NCBI GenBank assembly: GCA_015494465.1
Contig: WGBD01000007.1
Coordinates: 67,009-131,008, forward strand
Source: Candidatus Omnitrophota bacterium
GTDB lineage: Bacteria > Omnitrophota > Gorgyraeia > S143-82
Reading direction: 5' to 3'
Length of the DNA stretch: 64,000 bases
Positions 48,259 to 62,607 of this stretch are shown here, piece by piece. Made by a program: the position numbers and the translations under genes. The notes beneath the pieces were generated by a model. That model had not been told where the DNA came from. It did not search any database and saw only the letters and a list, made by a program, of their open reading frames with translations. Numbering within the stretch: position 1 is the stretch's first letter; each line of letters opens with the position of its first letter.

Positions 48259-49158
48259 CTACCCTCTAGTTATAGCTATGAATTCCTTTACCTTGTCTAT
48301 CTCGTTGTCCAGCTCAAAGGTGAATCTCTCGACATCTAGATCAGCAAGTTCCGGTTTTATCTTTTGTACCAAGGCCCAGGAAATGTCCTCTGCTAATACA
48401 AAGCCTTTTCTGTCACCTCCGTAACCTATGTCTTTGGCCTTACAGAACAGGTCCGCAATCCTGACCACCGCCACGGTAAGTGGCGATACCTCCGCCTCTT
48501 CGGGGTGGTGATGACAGGAGATTGCCTCCTGAATAGCAGGAGGAAGATTCCACTTTTCCGCCAAGACGAGCCCTACCTCTTCGTGGGTAAATCCAAGGAC
48601 CTCCTTTTCGACATCGTATATAGCCCTGTCCTCTTCCTGGGCCCGAGTAAATATGTCAGTGAAGACCTCGTGGGCCATCTCGTCCAACACTACCTTCCCT
48701 ATGTCGTGGAGAAGCCCACCCACGAACACCTCACCACTCAAAGCAGGAGATCCCAACTTCCGCATTATTATCCTGGCAAAGTGCCCACAACCCGCCGAAT
48801 GGATCCAGAACCTCTCCCTGTCAAAGGTCTGCTTGCCAGGGATGTCGGGAAAGGCAGAAAAGACCGAAACGCTCATAACCAAGTGGCTTATTTCCGACAT
48901 ACCCAAGACCACCAAGGCCAACTCTAAGGAATTGACCTGCTGTTTGAGACCGTAGAAGGCAGAGTTGGCGACTTTCAAGACCTTGGAGGTCAAGGCGGGA
49001 TCGGATTCCAATATCTTGGAGATCTCCTTCACCGAAGTCTTCGAGCTCATAGCCAGCTCCATCACCTGAGCTGCAACATGGGGGAGGGTCGGCAGGGACT
49101 CCAAATCCCCAATCAAGTCTATGATCTTGGTCCTTATCTCCGGAGATAGTTCCTTCAT
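48259..49158 (-). CDS. HDOD domain protein
   Basis: [39 protein letters not shown]. Confidence 0.92.
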   Translation of the reverse strand: MKELSPEIRTKIIDLIGDLESLPTLPHVAAQVMELAMSSKTSVKEISKILESDPALTSKVLKVANSAFYGLKQQVNSLELALVVLGMSEISHLVMSVSVFSAFPDIPGKQTFDRERFWIHSAGCGHFARIIMRKLGSPALSGEVFVGGLLHDIGKVVLDEMAHEVFTDIFTRAQEEDRAIYDVEKEVLGFTHEEVGLVLAEKWNLPPAIQEAISCHHHPEEAEVSPLTVAVVRIADLFCKAKDIGYGGDRKGFVLAEDISWALVQKIKPELADLDVERFTFELDNEIDKVKEFIAITRG

Positions 49159-49159
49159 G

Positions 49160-50227
49160 CTATTCCCTCGACTTTATCTTGTTGATAGCCTCCTCTGCCA
49201 GCTCCCTCTGCCGTTCGTCGTCCGAATTCTTAAACCGCTCCAGGACCTCGAGGCTAGCGCTGGTCCCGACCTCTCCCAATCCCTCTATCGCGGAAGCTAT
49301 TATCATGGGTTCTTCTACCGAGTTGAGGACATCGATAAGAATGTCCTCAGCACACTCGCCAAGCTTGGGAATCACATTGACTGCCCGATAAGCAGTCCAC
49401 CTATCGTCGGAGTACTTTATGTAGGCGCACAAGTATACCCCAAACTTGTACCTCAATCTCTTATCGTCTATGCTGTCTACCCTCAAGCCTAGCTCCACTA
49501 TATCAGAGTATATATCGGAAAGCTTCCGTGTCATCAGGTACTCGAACACATACATCGCATCGTAAATAAAGTCGTCGTCACCAAACTTCGCTATGCCATC
49601 CAAGAGGGACTTCAGAACGACCTCGTTATTCTCCTTAAATAAGGCCTTCCGCAGGACTTCTTTCGCTGAGGGCAGACCAATCTGGGTCAAGGCATCTATT
49701 ATGGAGAAGCGAACCCAAGTATCTTCCTCGCGATTCAACAGCTCCTCTAGGGCCTTTACCGCCCGTTCGCTCTTGACTCTCCCGATTCCCATCACCGCTG
49801 AGTTGCGCACATTCACTTCTGGATCGTCCAAGGCCTTTATCAGGTAATCCAGCGCAGATTCGGTGCCGAACTTGCCGATGATGTCGCACACGAATAAGCG
49901 CACATCTTTATCCTCGTCGTTCAAGTAAGCCCCTATTAGATCCACCTTGTCTCGTCCTATCTTTTCCAGGATCTCTATTGCAGCATTCCTTACCGAAGCA
50001 TTTTCTTCTCTCAAAAGGGGCAGTAATTTCTCCACGACTATCGGCTCGTTTCTCTGCATCAAGAACTCAATAACCGCCTCCTGAACCGCCTTGTTCTCGT
50101 CGTACAAGGCCTTCATCAACGAATCTATGATCGACTCTATGGGGAACTCGTTTGCAGATCTTATGGCCTCTCTTTTTTCCTCCGGAGTCCCTGATTCCAA
50201 CTGTGCCTTCCACATCTCTACATTCAT
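49160..50227 (-). CDS. HEAT/PBS lyase repeat protein
   Basis: Repeated L.D....VR..A...L units about 31 aa apart. Confidence 0.9.
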   Translation of the reverse strand: MNVEMWKAQLESGTPEEKREAIRSANEFPIESIIDSLMKALYDENKAVQEAVIEFLMQRNEPIVVEKLLPLLREENASVRNAAIEILEKIGRDKVDLIGAYLNDEDKDVRLFVCDIIGKFGTESALDYLIKALDDPEVNVRNSAVMGIGRVKSERAVKALEELLNREEDTWVRFSIIDALTQIGLPSAKEVLRKALFKENNEVVLKSLLDGIAKFGDDDFIYDAMYVFEYLMTRKLSDIYSDIVELGLRVDSIDDKRLRYKFGVYLCAYIKYSDDRWTAYRAVNVIPKLGECAEDILIDVLNSVEEPMIIASAIEGLGEVGTSASLEVLERFKNSDDERQRELAEEAINKIKSRE

Positions 50228-50238
50228 GAATCCACCTC

Positions 50239-51330
50239 CTATACCAAGGCCAATATCTCAGAAGCCATTCTTTCTATAGGGACCACCTTATCCGCCAAAC
50301 CTGCATCGACCACTGCCTTTGGCATGCCGTAGACAACAGAGGTGGCCTCGTCTTGAGCTAATACCTTTCCCCCCACCTTCTTCACCGCCCTGGCTCCTTC
50401 CAATCCATCCTTACCCATTCCAGTCAATATCACAGCCAATGTCTTTGGACCGTAGATCTCTGCGGAAGAGGTTATCGTTATGTCTATACAAGGATGATAT
50501 ATAGAGTCTTTCGGTTCCTCGGTTAGTACTACGGATACCTTTGACCCAAGTTTCCTCAACTGCATGTGATAAGCACCCGGTACCACCAATATCTTACCCG
50601 GCTCAAGAAACTCGCCCTGTTGGGCCTCTTTTACCAGCGGTCCCCCCAGGGACTTCAACCTATTGGCCAAGGCGCCGGTGAAGGTCGGGGGCATGTGTTG
50701 GATTATAATGCCCGGAACGGGAAGATCCTTCGGCAAACCGCTTATCAACTTCTGGAGCGCGGTTGGTCCACCGGTAGATACCCCAATCACTACTACATCC
50801 ACCAATCCCTTCCTCCCCCTCGCTGATGGGGCAGAAACAGCGCTTGGCCGAGCCTCGGGCTTGGCCTGGGGAGCGGTCTGAGTAAAAGCGCCAACTCGCT
50901 GGGCGAACTGAGCCTTTTTAAGTGCTATCAGCTTTATCTTCTCCAACAGCTGGGCCTCTATCTTCTCCAGATTTATCCCGGCTGATGCCCCCTGATATAA
51001 TTCCTTGGGGATGAAATCCACTGCTCCCAAGGAGAGGGCCTCCAATGTCACCTTCGCTCCCTCCCGGGTCAAAGAACTTATCATGATCACCGGGCGGGGA
51101 AAGTCCCGCATTATCACCTTCAAGGCCTCTATCCCGTTCATGCGAGGCATCTCAACATCAAGCGTCACCACATCGGGATCCAATTGCTTTACTTTCTCGA
51201 TAGCCTCTAATCCGTCGTGAGCGGTCCCTACTACCTTAATACTAGGATCCTTTTCTAAAATCCTGCTGATCGCTTTGCAAATGAATATTGAATCGTCTAC
51301 AACCAACACCTTGACCATGTCAACCCCCAT
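50239..51330 (-). CDS. cheB: Chemotaxis methylesterase CheB
   Basis: REC domain (TLDVEMP), G.STGGP, QHMP, LTGMG.DG, YGMP. Confidence 0.96.
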   Translation of the reverse strand: MGVDMVKVLVVDDSIFICKAISRILEKDPSIKVVGTAHDGLEAIEKVKQLDPDVVTLDVEMPRMNGIEALKVIMRDFPRPVIMISSLTREGAKVTLEALSLGAVDFIPKELYQGASAGINLEKIEAQLLEKIKLIALKKAQFAQRVGAFTQTAPQAKPEARPSAVSAPSARGRKGLVDVVVIGVSTGGPTALQKLISGLPKDLPVPGIIIQHMPPTFTGALANRLKSLGGPLVKEAQQGEFLEPGKILVVPGAYHMQLRKLGSKVSVVLTEEPKDSIYHPCIDITITSSAEIYGPKTLAVILTGMGKDGLEGARAVKKVGGKVLAQDEATSVVYGMPKAVVDAGLADKVVPIERMASEILALV

Positions 51331-51342
51331 TCTCTCGTCAAC

Positions 51343-52500
51343 CTAGAACTTAAAGCGACTTAACATGTGCATCAATTCGTGGGATAGCTCACTTAAATTA
51401 TTAGCAGATTCCTTTGCCTGAAATACCCCCTCTTGCACCTGAGAGGCAACTGCCTTTATGACCTCCATGGTCTTGGATATGTCTTCTACCGCAGCGGTCT
51501 CCCTTTCAGCGAACACATTTATCGGTTCCATCAATTGCTGGGTTTGTTCAGCCCGAGCGCTCATTTCCTTTATGATCTCCCCGGTCTTGTCGATCATAGT
51601 CTCCGCTTCCCCAACCTTAGATCTAGCTGACTCCACGGAACCCAGGACGCGCTCGCTCCTTATGTGCAGATTATCTATCATCTCCGCCACCTCTTTAGTG
51701 GCCTGGGCTGTCTTCTCCGCGAGCTGTCTCACCTCATCCGCGACCACTGCAAATCCTCTTCCGTACTCCCCAGCTCGGGCTGCCTCTATAGCTGCATTCA
51801 AGGCCAATAAGTTCGTCTGATTGGCTATGTCGTCTATCGTCTCTATTATCTGGCCGATCTGTCCGAAGCTCTCCCTCAACTCCTCCGCGTTGTGGGCCAT
51901 AACTTCAACTTCTCCAGAAACGTCCTTCATCTTGGATATTCCATCTTCTATCCTATTCACGCCTTCCCGGGCTATCTCCAAAGACTTCTCCGCCGCATCG
52001 CTTGCCTGGCGAGCGTTTTCAGAGACCTCAAGTATAATGGAGGTTATCTCCCCGATCTTCACTGCCGCCTCGGAGGTCTCTTTAGTCTGAGTTTCGGTTC
52101 CACGACTTATCTCTTCGGAGATCTGGGATAGCTCTGCTGCTGCAGTAGCAAGGCGGGTAATGTTGGCCTGGACATGACCCAACAACTCTTTTACCGACGC
52201 AAGCATGGTATTGTAGGCCTTGATCAAGTCCCCTATCTCGTCGTCTGAGTAAACGGCTATGATCCGAGTGAAGTCCCCTTCTCCCATGGAGAGAAGGGAG
52301 TTCTTGAGGCGCAAGAGAGACGAAACTATGTTGTTGGAAAGCAAATATCCGAATATGTAGGCAACTACCATGTTTATGGACAAATTCACTACCAGTGCCA
52401 TGTTCTGATTGTGTATCCACTTATGGGCAACCCATCCCACCAATGCAGCAAACAAGACATTGCCCATTATCCCCAGATGAATCTTAGTCCCTATCTTCAT
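51343..52500 (-). CDS. Methyl-accepting chemotaxis protein without extracytoplasmic sensor domain
   Basis: 2 TM joined by about 8 aa, HAMP (DEIG.L...YN.M), [28 protein letters not shown]. Confidence 0.95.
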   Translation of the reverse strand: MKIGTKIHLGIMGNVLFAALVGWVAHKWIHNQNMALVVNLSINMVVAYIFGYLLSNNIVSSLLRLKNSLLSMGEGDFTRIIAVYSDDEIGDLIKAYNTMLASVKELLGHVQANITRLATAAAELSQISEEISRGTETQTKETSEAAVKIGEITSIILEVSENARQASDAAEKSLEIAREGVNRIEDGISKMKDVSGEVEVMAHNAEELRESFGQIGQIIETIDDIANQTNLLALNAAIEAARAGEYGRGFAVVADEVRQLAEKTAQATKEVAEMIDNLHIRSERVLGSVESARSKVGEAETMIDKTGEIIKEMSARAEQTQQLMEPINVFAERETAAVEDISKTMEVIKAVASQVQEGVFQAKESANNLSELSHELMHMLSRFKF

Positions 52501-52521
52501 CCCCCCTCCTTGCTCCCGGAA

Positions 52522-53016
52522 TCAGAAGTTACTCAACATGCTCTTTTCCTCTTCGGTCATAAACTTCTCGATGTCGATTATTATGATCAACCTATCTTCT
52601 AACTTGCCCACCCCTTTTATGCACTGGGCGTCTATAGAAGTTGAGATCATGGGAGGTGTGGGATCTATGGTCTCCTTGGGTAAGCGCAAGACTTCCGATA
52701 CGCTATCCACTATGAGCCCAACGGTCTTCCCCTCTATGTCCACTACTATTATGCGGGTCTCTTTCGTGTTTTTGGGCTCTAGGCCAAAGCGCTTTCTAAG
52801 GTCAAGGACCGGGATCACCTTCCCTCGCAGATTCACCACCCCTTCGACGAAGTATGCGGAATTCGGGACATGGGTGATCTCCATCATCCTGTTGATCTCT
52901 TGGACCTTAAGGATGTCTATCCCGTACTCTTCTTCTCCTAAGGTAAAGCTTACCAACTGAACGATCTCACTGTCTCGCTGTCCGGCTGTTTGTTCTTTGT
53001 TATTCACCTCGTTCAT
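52522..53016 (-). CDS. cheW: CheW
   Basis: F.L..EEYGI.I..VQEI, GVVNLRG.VIPV.DLR, G..VD.V.EV. Confidence 0.95.
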   Translation of the reverse strand: MNEVNNKEQTAGQRDSEIVQLVSFTLGEEEYGIDILKVQEINRMMEITHVPNSAYFVEGVVNLRGKVIPVLDLRKRFGLEPKNTKETRIIVVDIEGKTVGLIVDSVSEVLRLPKETIDPTPPMISTSIDAQCIKGVGKLEDRLIIIIDIEKFMTEEEKSMLSNF

Positions 53017-53033
53017 CTCCACCCCTCCCCATT

Positions 53034-53912
53034 TTACTTTTTCCTTATGATATCTAAAAACTCCCGCATACCCTCGAATTGCGAGACGGTTTCGGACAAT
53101 ATGTAGTCCAAGCCTGCCAGATCCAACCTCAAGAGAGATAAAATATTCTTGTTTATGTCAGGCACATAAGGATCACCCCCATTGCCTAGACCGACTAAGC
53201 GAGCTAGGGCATCGGAGACGGACACAACCGCCACGCTTTGCAGGTACTTACCATCGTACTGAACTACAGAATGGTGCCAAGTCACCACATCGACTACATC
53301 TGGAGGCAGGTTCCAGCGGTCGAACACCAAGCCCCCAACTACGCTGTGATTAAAACCCAAGATCTCCTCTTCCGCCTCCCTCAAAGGTATGTCTTTCTCT
53401 TCTCTATGGCTCAAAACCGTCTTATAGTACTCCTTCCCATAGTAATCCATTATCAACTTGCCCACATCGTGGAGGAGTCCGAATATGAAGTGCTCCTCTA
53501 CATTGGGAAGGCGTAAGTACTTCGCAATGGACTTGGCCACGACCCCCACGCCAACCGAGTGCTCCCAAAATCCTTCCACATCGAACCCTATCGCATTCTT
53601 GCCGTCCTTGAATACCTCCAATATAGAGGCGGTAAAGATGGCAGCCTTGAGTCGATTGAACCCCAATATTACCAAGGCATGATCTATCGTCTTTATCTGC
53701 CTAGGAAAGCCGTAAAAGGCAGAGTTGACGATTCTTAATATCCTGGAGACCAAAGATTGGTCCTGACTTATTATCCGAGCTACCTCTCGAGCTGAGACCC
53801 GAGGATCACTAAGCATGGGGATCACCTTGGCCAATACCTGGGGAAGTGTGGGGATGTTAACTATCTGCTCTAGCCTATTTTTTATGTGCGGAGGTATGGG
53901 CTTGCTGGCCAT
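53034..53912 (-). CDS. HDOD domain protein
   Basis: IPTLP, DQ.L...ILR.VNSAFYG, FW.HS, GLLHDVGK, W.LP, HH. Confidence 0.92.
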   Translation of the reverse strand: MASKPIPPHIKNRLEQIVNIPTLPQVLAKVIPMLSDPRVSAREVARIISQDQSLVSRILRIVNSAFYGFPRQIKTIDHALVILGFNRLKAAIFTASILEVFKDGKNAIGFDVEGFWEHSVGVGVVAKSIAKYLRLPNVEEHFIFGLLHDVGKLIMDYYGKEYYKTVLSHREEKDIPLREAEEEILGFNHSVVGGLVFDRWNLPPDVVDVVTWHHSVVQYDGKYLQSVAVVSVSDALARLVGLGNGGDPYVPDINKNILSLLRLDLAGLDYILSETVSQFEGMREFLDIIRKK

Positions 53913-54247
53913 TACTTGCCTGAACCCCTGATAAGCAGACGATACCTTATCGCTAATAATTTAGCCTGTTCTTTCAGGTCTTCATCATTAGGACAACAGA
54001 ACTTTAGGGCCCTTTCCACCTCTTCTTTCAGATCCTCCGGTGCGGTCTTTTCTTTCTCCTTCAGGATGTCGATGAGGACATTCTCACCTTCTACCGTTGC
54101 GAACTCAAGCCGAGGGAACTGCCTTATCTTGGCGATGTCCTCCTCCTCCAACACCTTACCAGCTGGGAAGAGCACATTCCCCCCTTCTAACACCAGATTC
54201 TCCGCCAATACCATACCTGGTTTTAGGTCTTCCACCCGCACTCGCAT
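53912..54247 (-). CDS. Small hypothetical protein resembling the N-terminal module of HD-GYP proteins
   Basis: V.DLKPGMVLA......G.VL..AG..L....I pattern. Confidence 0.6.
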   Translation of the reverse strand: MRVRVEDLKPGMVLAENLVLEGGNVLFPAGKVLEEEDIAKIRQFPRLEFATVEGENVLIDILKEKEKTAPEDLKEEVERALKFCCPNDEDLKEQAKLLAIRYRLLIRGSGK

Positions 54248-54248
54248 G

Positions 54249-55874
54249 TCACTTGCCCTGCTTCAACAACCTCTCGTACATGCGTTTGTACTCGCGGGCA
54301 CTACGGGACCAAGAGAAGTCCAACTTCATCGCCCGTTTTACCCTCTCCCGCCATCCATCTGCGTCTCGAAAGACCTCAAGAGCAGACTCCAAAGAAGATA
54401 ATAAATCAGCCCCTGTCGCTTTGTCAAATAGGAACCCCACATCCTCGGGGATCGTATCCACAAGCCCGCCGGTCCTCCTGGCCACTGGCAAGGCTCCGTA
54501 GCGCATCCCTATCATCTGGGTAAGCCCGCAGGGCTCGTACCTAGAAGGGACGACCACCACATCTGCCCCCCCGTAGAGCCTGTGGGCCAAGGGCTCGTTA
54601 AATTCAACGAAACTCCTAACCTTATCAGGGAACCGCCCCGCCAGATCCGAGACCATGGCCTCGAATCGGGCCTCGCCCCTGCCCAATATCACCAGACCGA
54701 CCTTTTCCCGGGGAAGGAGCTCTTGGAAAGCCGAAACCAAGACGTCGATCCCCTTCTGCTCCACCAACCGCCCCACGAAGACCGCAAGCACATCTACAGC
54801 CTTGAGACCGAGCTCTTCCAATAGTCGGACCTTGTTAACCGCCTTCCCCTTTAGGAAACAGCGATTTGCCCTCACGCCAAACTTGTCCGGGAGGTAGGGA
54901 TCGATCCAAGGATTCCAGTAGTCGTAATCTATCCCATTGATAATCCCTTCCAGTTTTGCCTTGTGGGTCCTGAGGACACCGTCCAACCCCCAGCCGTACT
55001 CCGGGGTCTGTATCTCCTTGGCGTAGCGGGGACTTACGGTAACCACCTTGTCGGCATACACTATCCCTGCTTTCAGGCAATTGCCCTTGCCGTAGAACTC
55101 TATCCCCTGATAGGTGAAGTAGGACCAATCCAGGCCCAAAAGATAGAACTTCTCCACCGGGAACAGGCCCTGATAGGCGATGTTGTGTATGGCAAACACC
55201 ACTTTGGTGGAGGAATAAAATGGGTCCTCGGAATAAAAGGCCTGCTTAAACAAAGGTAGCAATCCCGTCTGCCAGTCGTTGCAGTGGATTACATCCGGGC
55301 GATAATCCAGCCTCTTCAACAGCTCCAACGCAACCTTGGAGAAGAAGGCGTACCTCTCTAGATTGTCCGGGTAGTCTCCCGAAGAGGTCCCGTAGATTCC
55401 CTCTCTAGCAAAAAACGGATCGTACCTGACCAGATAGTACTTTACCGGTCCAATCTCAGTCTCCTCTACGGAGGCCTCTAGCCAATGGGATCCGATAGGA
55501 GAGCTTATCTTGATACCCGTATCCCTGAGGTTAAACGCCTCTCTATCGATCACCGAATATGCAGGGAGGATCACCACGCTAGAGAGTCCCAACTCGCTCA
55601 AGGCCTTAGGCAGAGCGCCCACCACATCAGCCAATCCCCCAACCTTCACCAAGGGCACCGCCTCAGAGGCAACGAATGCGACCTTCATCTGCTTTCGAGA
55701 GCGAGAGGAGCTTTTTCTGGCGGTTTTAGAGGTGGATACCTTATTATCCGACTCCACCGACCCCTTGCTCTTCCTCGGGCCTGTCCCCGTTTCTTTCTTT
55801 TTCACCTTCGCAGAAGAGCCCTTTCCCCTCCTCTGTGGCTTACTAACGGACCTTTTAATTACCCTCTTCGCCAC
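54249..55874 (-). CDS. glgA: Glycogen synthase with basic N-terminal extension
   Basis: KVGGL.DV, HCNDWQT, IHN.AYQG, NGID, RL..QKG, PSR.EPCGL.Q, TGGL.DT; GTG start after GAGGTGGAGG. Confidence 0.95.
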   Translation of the reverse strand: MAKRVIKRSVSKPQRRGKGSSAKVKKKETGTGPRKSKGSVESDNKVSTSKTARKSSSRSRKQMKVAFVASEAVPLVKVGGLADVVGALPKALSELGLSSVVILPAYSVIDREAFNLRDTGIKISSPIGSHWLEASVEETEIGPVKYYLVRYDPFFAREGIYGTSSGDYPDNLERYAFFSKVALELLKRLDYRPDVIHCNDWQTGLLPLFKQAFYSEDPFYSSTKVVFAIHNIAYQGLFPVEKFYLLGLDWSYFTYQGIEFYGKGNCLKAGIVYADKVVTVSPRYAKEIQTPEYGWGLDGVLRTHKAKLEGIINGIDYDYWNPWIDPYLPDKFGVRANRCFLKGKAVNKVRLLEELGLKAVDVLAVFVGRLVEQKGIDVLVSAFQELLPREKVGLVILGRGEARFEAMVSDLAGRFPDKVRSFVEFNEPLAHRLYGGADVVVVPSRYEPCGLTQMIGMRYGALPVARRTGGLVDTIPEDVGFLFDKATGADLLSSLESALEVFRDADGWRERVKRAMKLDFSWSRSAREYKRMYERLLKQGK

Positions 55875-55886
55875 TTTCCCTCCACC

Positions 55887-59753
<3,867 letters not shown>

Positions 59754-59758
59754 AGGCC

Positions 59759-61276
59759 CTAGACCTGAAACCTTTCCTTAAACTTCTCTATCGCCTTCTT
59801 TATCTTCTCTTCCAGTTCGGGAGAGATCTCCTTTGCCTTCTCTATCTCCTCCAGTATGTGAGGATATTCGCTCCTCAAGGTGGACAACCACTCTTCCTCA
59901 AAGCGCTTTACCCTATCGAGCGGGATGTCGTCCAGATAACCGTTCACCCCCACGTACAGGACCATCACCTCTTCGGGCATAGACAGGGGCTGATACTGGG
60001 GCTGTTTGAGGAGTTCCACCAGCCTCCGCCCCCTCTCCAACTGGGCGATAGTTGCCTTGTCCAACTCCGTACCGAACTGGGCAAAGGCCTCCATCTCCCG
60101 GTACTGGGCCAGATCCAGCCTCAACCTGCCCGCCACCTGTTTCATCGCCTTCACCTGGGCATTACCCCCTACGCGGGACACCGACAATCCCACGTTTATC
60201 GCAGGTCGCACGCCCTGATAGAACAGGTTGGTCTCCAGGTATATCTGCCCGTCGGTGATGGATATCACATTCGTCGGGATGTAGGTGGTAACGTCACCCG
60301 CCTGCGTCTCTATTATCGGCAAGGCCGTGAGAGAGCCCCCGCCCTTGGCATCGCTGTACTTACAGGCCCTCTCCAGAAGGCGGGAGTGGGCGTAGAATAT
60401 GTCGCCAGGATAGGCCTCACGGCCCGGTGGACGGCGCAGCAGCAAAGACATCTCGCGATAGGCCTGGGCGTGCTTGGTGAGGTCGTCGTAGATGATTAAT
60501 GCGTGCCTACCGGTCTCCAAGAATTCCTCTGCCATAGCACAACCCGCATAGGGGGCTATGTAAAGGAGCGGGGCGGGTTCACTGGCACCCGCAGCCACCA
60601 CTATCGTGTATTCCATAGCCCCAAACCTCTCGAGGGTCTTTACTATGTTGGCTATAGTGGAATTCTTCTGCCCTATCGCCACGTAGACGCAGACGACCCC
60701 TTTGCCCTTCTGGTTTATTATCGTATCCAAGGCGATCGCGGTCTTTCCCGTCTGGCGGTCGCCGATGATCAACTCCCTCTGTCCCCGGCCTATCGGGATC
60801 ATCGCATCTATGGCCTTTATCCCCGTCTGCAATGGCTCCTTCACCGGCTGGCGCTCTATGACCCCAGGGGCAATCCGCTCTATAGGGCGAAACCTATCCG
60901 CCTTTATCTCTCCCTTGCCGTCCACAGGTATACCCAAGGGGTTCACCACCCTCCCTATCAGGGCATCACCCACCGGGACCTCTGCAATCCTTCCGGTGCA
61001 CCGGACCTCATCACCTTCCTTGACCTCGCTGTCGTCCCCGAAGAGACAGACACCAACGCTCTCCTCTTCCAAGTTAAGGACCATCCCGTACATGTTCTGC
61101 TTGGGGAAGAACACCAACTCCCCGGCCATAGCGTCTTCCAAACCGTATATCCTAGCAATACCGTCGCCTACCTCCAAAACCTGACCAACCTGAGCGAGCT
61201 CGTAGGACTTGGAAAAGGATTCGAGACGGGAGCGTATCACCGAACTGATCTCTTCAGGGCTTATCCTGACGTTCAT
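59759..61276 (-). CDS. atpA: ATP synthase F1 alpha subunit
   Basis: [37 protein letters not shown]. Confidence 0.98.
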   Translation of the reverse strand: MNVRISPEEISSVIRSRLESFSKSYELAQVGQVLEVGDGIARIYGLEDAMAGELVFFPKQNMYGMVLNLEEESVGVCLFGDDSEVKEGDEVRCTGRIAEVPVGDALIGRVVNPLGIPVDGKGEIKADRFRPIERIAPGVIERQPVKEPLQTGIKAIDAMIPIGRGQRELIIGDRQTGKTAIALDTIINQKGKGVVCVYVAIGQKNSTIANIVKTLERFGAMEYTIVVAAGASEPAPLLYIAPYAGCAMAEEFLETGRHALIIYDDLTKHAQAYREMSLLLRRPPGREAYPGDIFYAHSRLLERACKYSDAKGGGSLTALPIIETQAGDVTTYIPTNVISITDGQIYLETNLFYQGVRPAINVGLSVSRVGGNAQVKAMKQVAGRLRLDLAQYREMEAFAQFGTELDKATIAQLERGRRLVELLKQPQYQPLSMPEEVMVLYVGVNGYLDDIPLDRVKRFEEEWLSTLRSEYPHILEEIEKAKEISPELEEKIKKAIEKFKERFQV

Positions 61277-61815
61277 CTCACCAACTCCTCTTTTAAAAGT
61301 TCCAGCCGTTTCTTAAGAGAGGCATCGTACAGATATCCCCGGAAATAGACCTTTATCCCACCCAAAATATCCTCATCCACCTCCTCCACGAGGTTTATCC
61401 AGCGCTTGAGATAGGCTCCCCATATGTGGAGGAACAACTGCCTCTCGCTCTCCGAGAGAGCTCGAGCAGAGACCACTCTTACATCCACACGGTGGTGGAA
61501 GGTGTTGTAGAGTATCCTGAATCTCTCAACTATGTCCGGGAGGAACCTTATCCTCTTTTTCTCCATCAATATTCGCAAGAAATACTCCACCGCATCACTA
61601 AGGCCAAAGGCACGCTTTATCTCTTCGACAAACTCGACCTTCCTCTCCAAAGGGATTATGGGCACCGACATCCAACGAAGGAAATCCGGAACGAGCCCTG
61701 ACGCCTCTTTTAAAAGGAGGAGGTCAGACATAACCTCCTCTATAAGGTTGTTATCCTTCGCATAAGAAAACAGCGCCTGAGCGTACTTCTCTGCTATCAG
61801 AAACTTGTCATCCAT
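61273..61815 (-). CDS. atpH: ATP synthase delta subunit
   Basis: A..YA.AL, V.SA..L, VD..ILGG, DAS....L. Confidence 0.92.
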   Translation of the reverse strand: MDDKFLIAEKYAQALFSYAKDNNLIEEVMSDLLLLKEASGLVPDFLRWMSVPIIPLERKVEFVEEIKRAFGLSDAVEYFLRILMEKKRIRFLPDIVERFRILYNTFHHRVDVRVVSARALSESERQLFLHIWGAYLKRWINLVEEVDEDILGGIKVYFRGYLYDASLKKRLELLKEELVR

Positions 61816-62287
61816 TCACTATCCCCTCTATCGCCTCCCTGATTATCTGTTCGTGCTCCTGAGCGGAGATCTCCCTCTTAAGTATCCGCGAGGCTATTGT
61901 TACTGAAAGATCCACCACCTCTCTGCGAAGCTCTGCCTTGGCCCGCTTGACCTGCTCCTGAATCTCCGCCCGGGCGGACTCAAACATCTTCTCTATCTCC
62001 TCCTTCGTCTTCCTCACCTGCTCACGGTAGTAGGCATCGGCGTCCTGCTCGGCCTTCCGGCGGAGCAATTGGGCGTCCTCCTGGGCCTTGTGGAGCATCT
62101 CCTGAGCCTTGCGCCGGTTCTCCTCGGCCTCCGCCAGGAGTCGCTTTGCCTCCTCCAGATCCGACTTCACCCGATTCACCCGCTCGTCCAAAAGGTCCTG
62201 AAGCGGACGATAGAGAATCTTGGTCAAGAGGAAGAGGAGGATTAGAAAACTGATAACCTGCACCAATAAAGTGGCATTTAGGTTCAT
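61808..62287 (-). CDS. atpF: ATP synthase Fo b subunit
   Basis: N-terminal TM (Q...FLIL..LL..ILY.P), long charged helix. Confidence 0.93.
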   Translation of the reverse strand: MNLNATLLVQVISFLILLFLLTKILYRPLQDLLDERVNRVKSDLEEAKRLLAEAEENRRKAQEMLHKAQEDAQLLRRKAEQDADAYYREQVRKTKEEIEKMFESARAEIQEQVKRAKAELRREVVDLSVTIASRILKREISAQEHEQIIREAIEGIVNG

Positions 62288-62301
62288 ACGCTAACCCCTC
62301 G

Positions 62302-62607
<306 letters not shown>

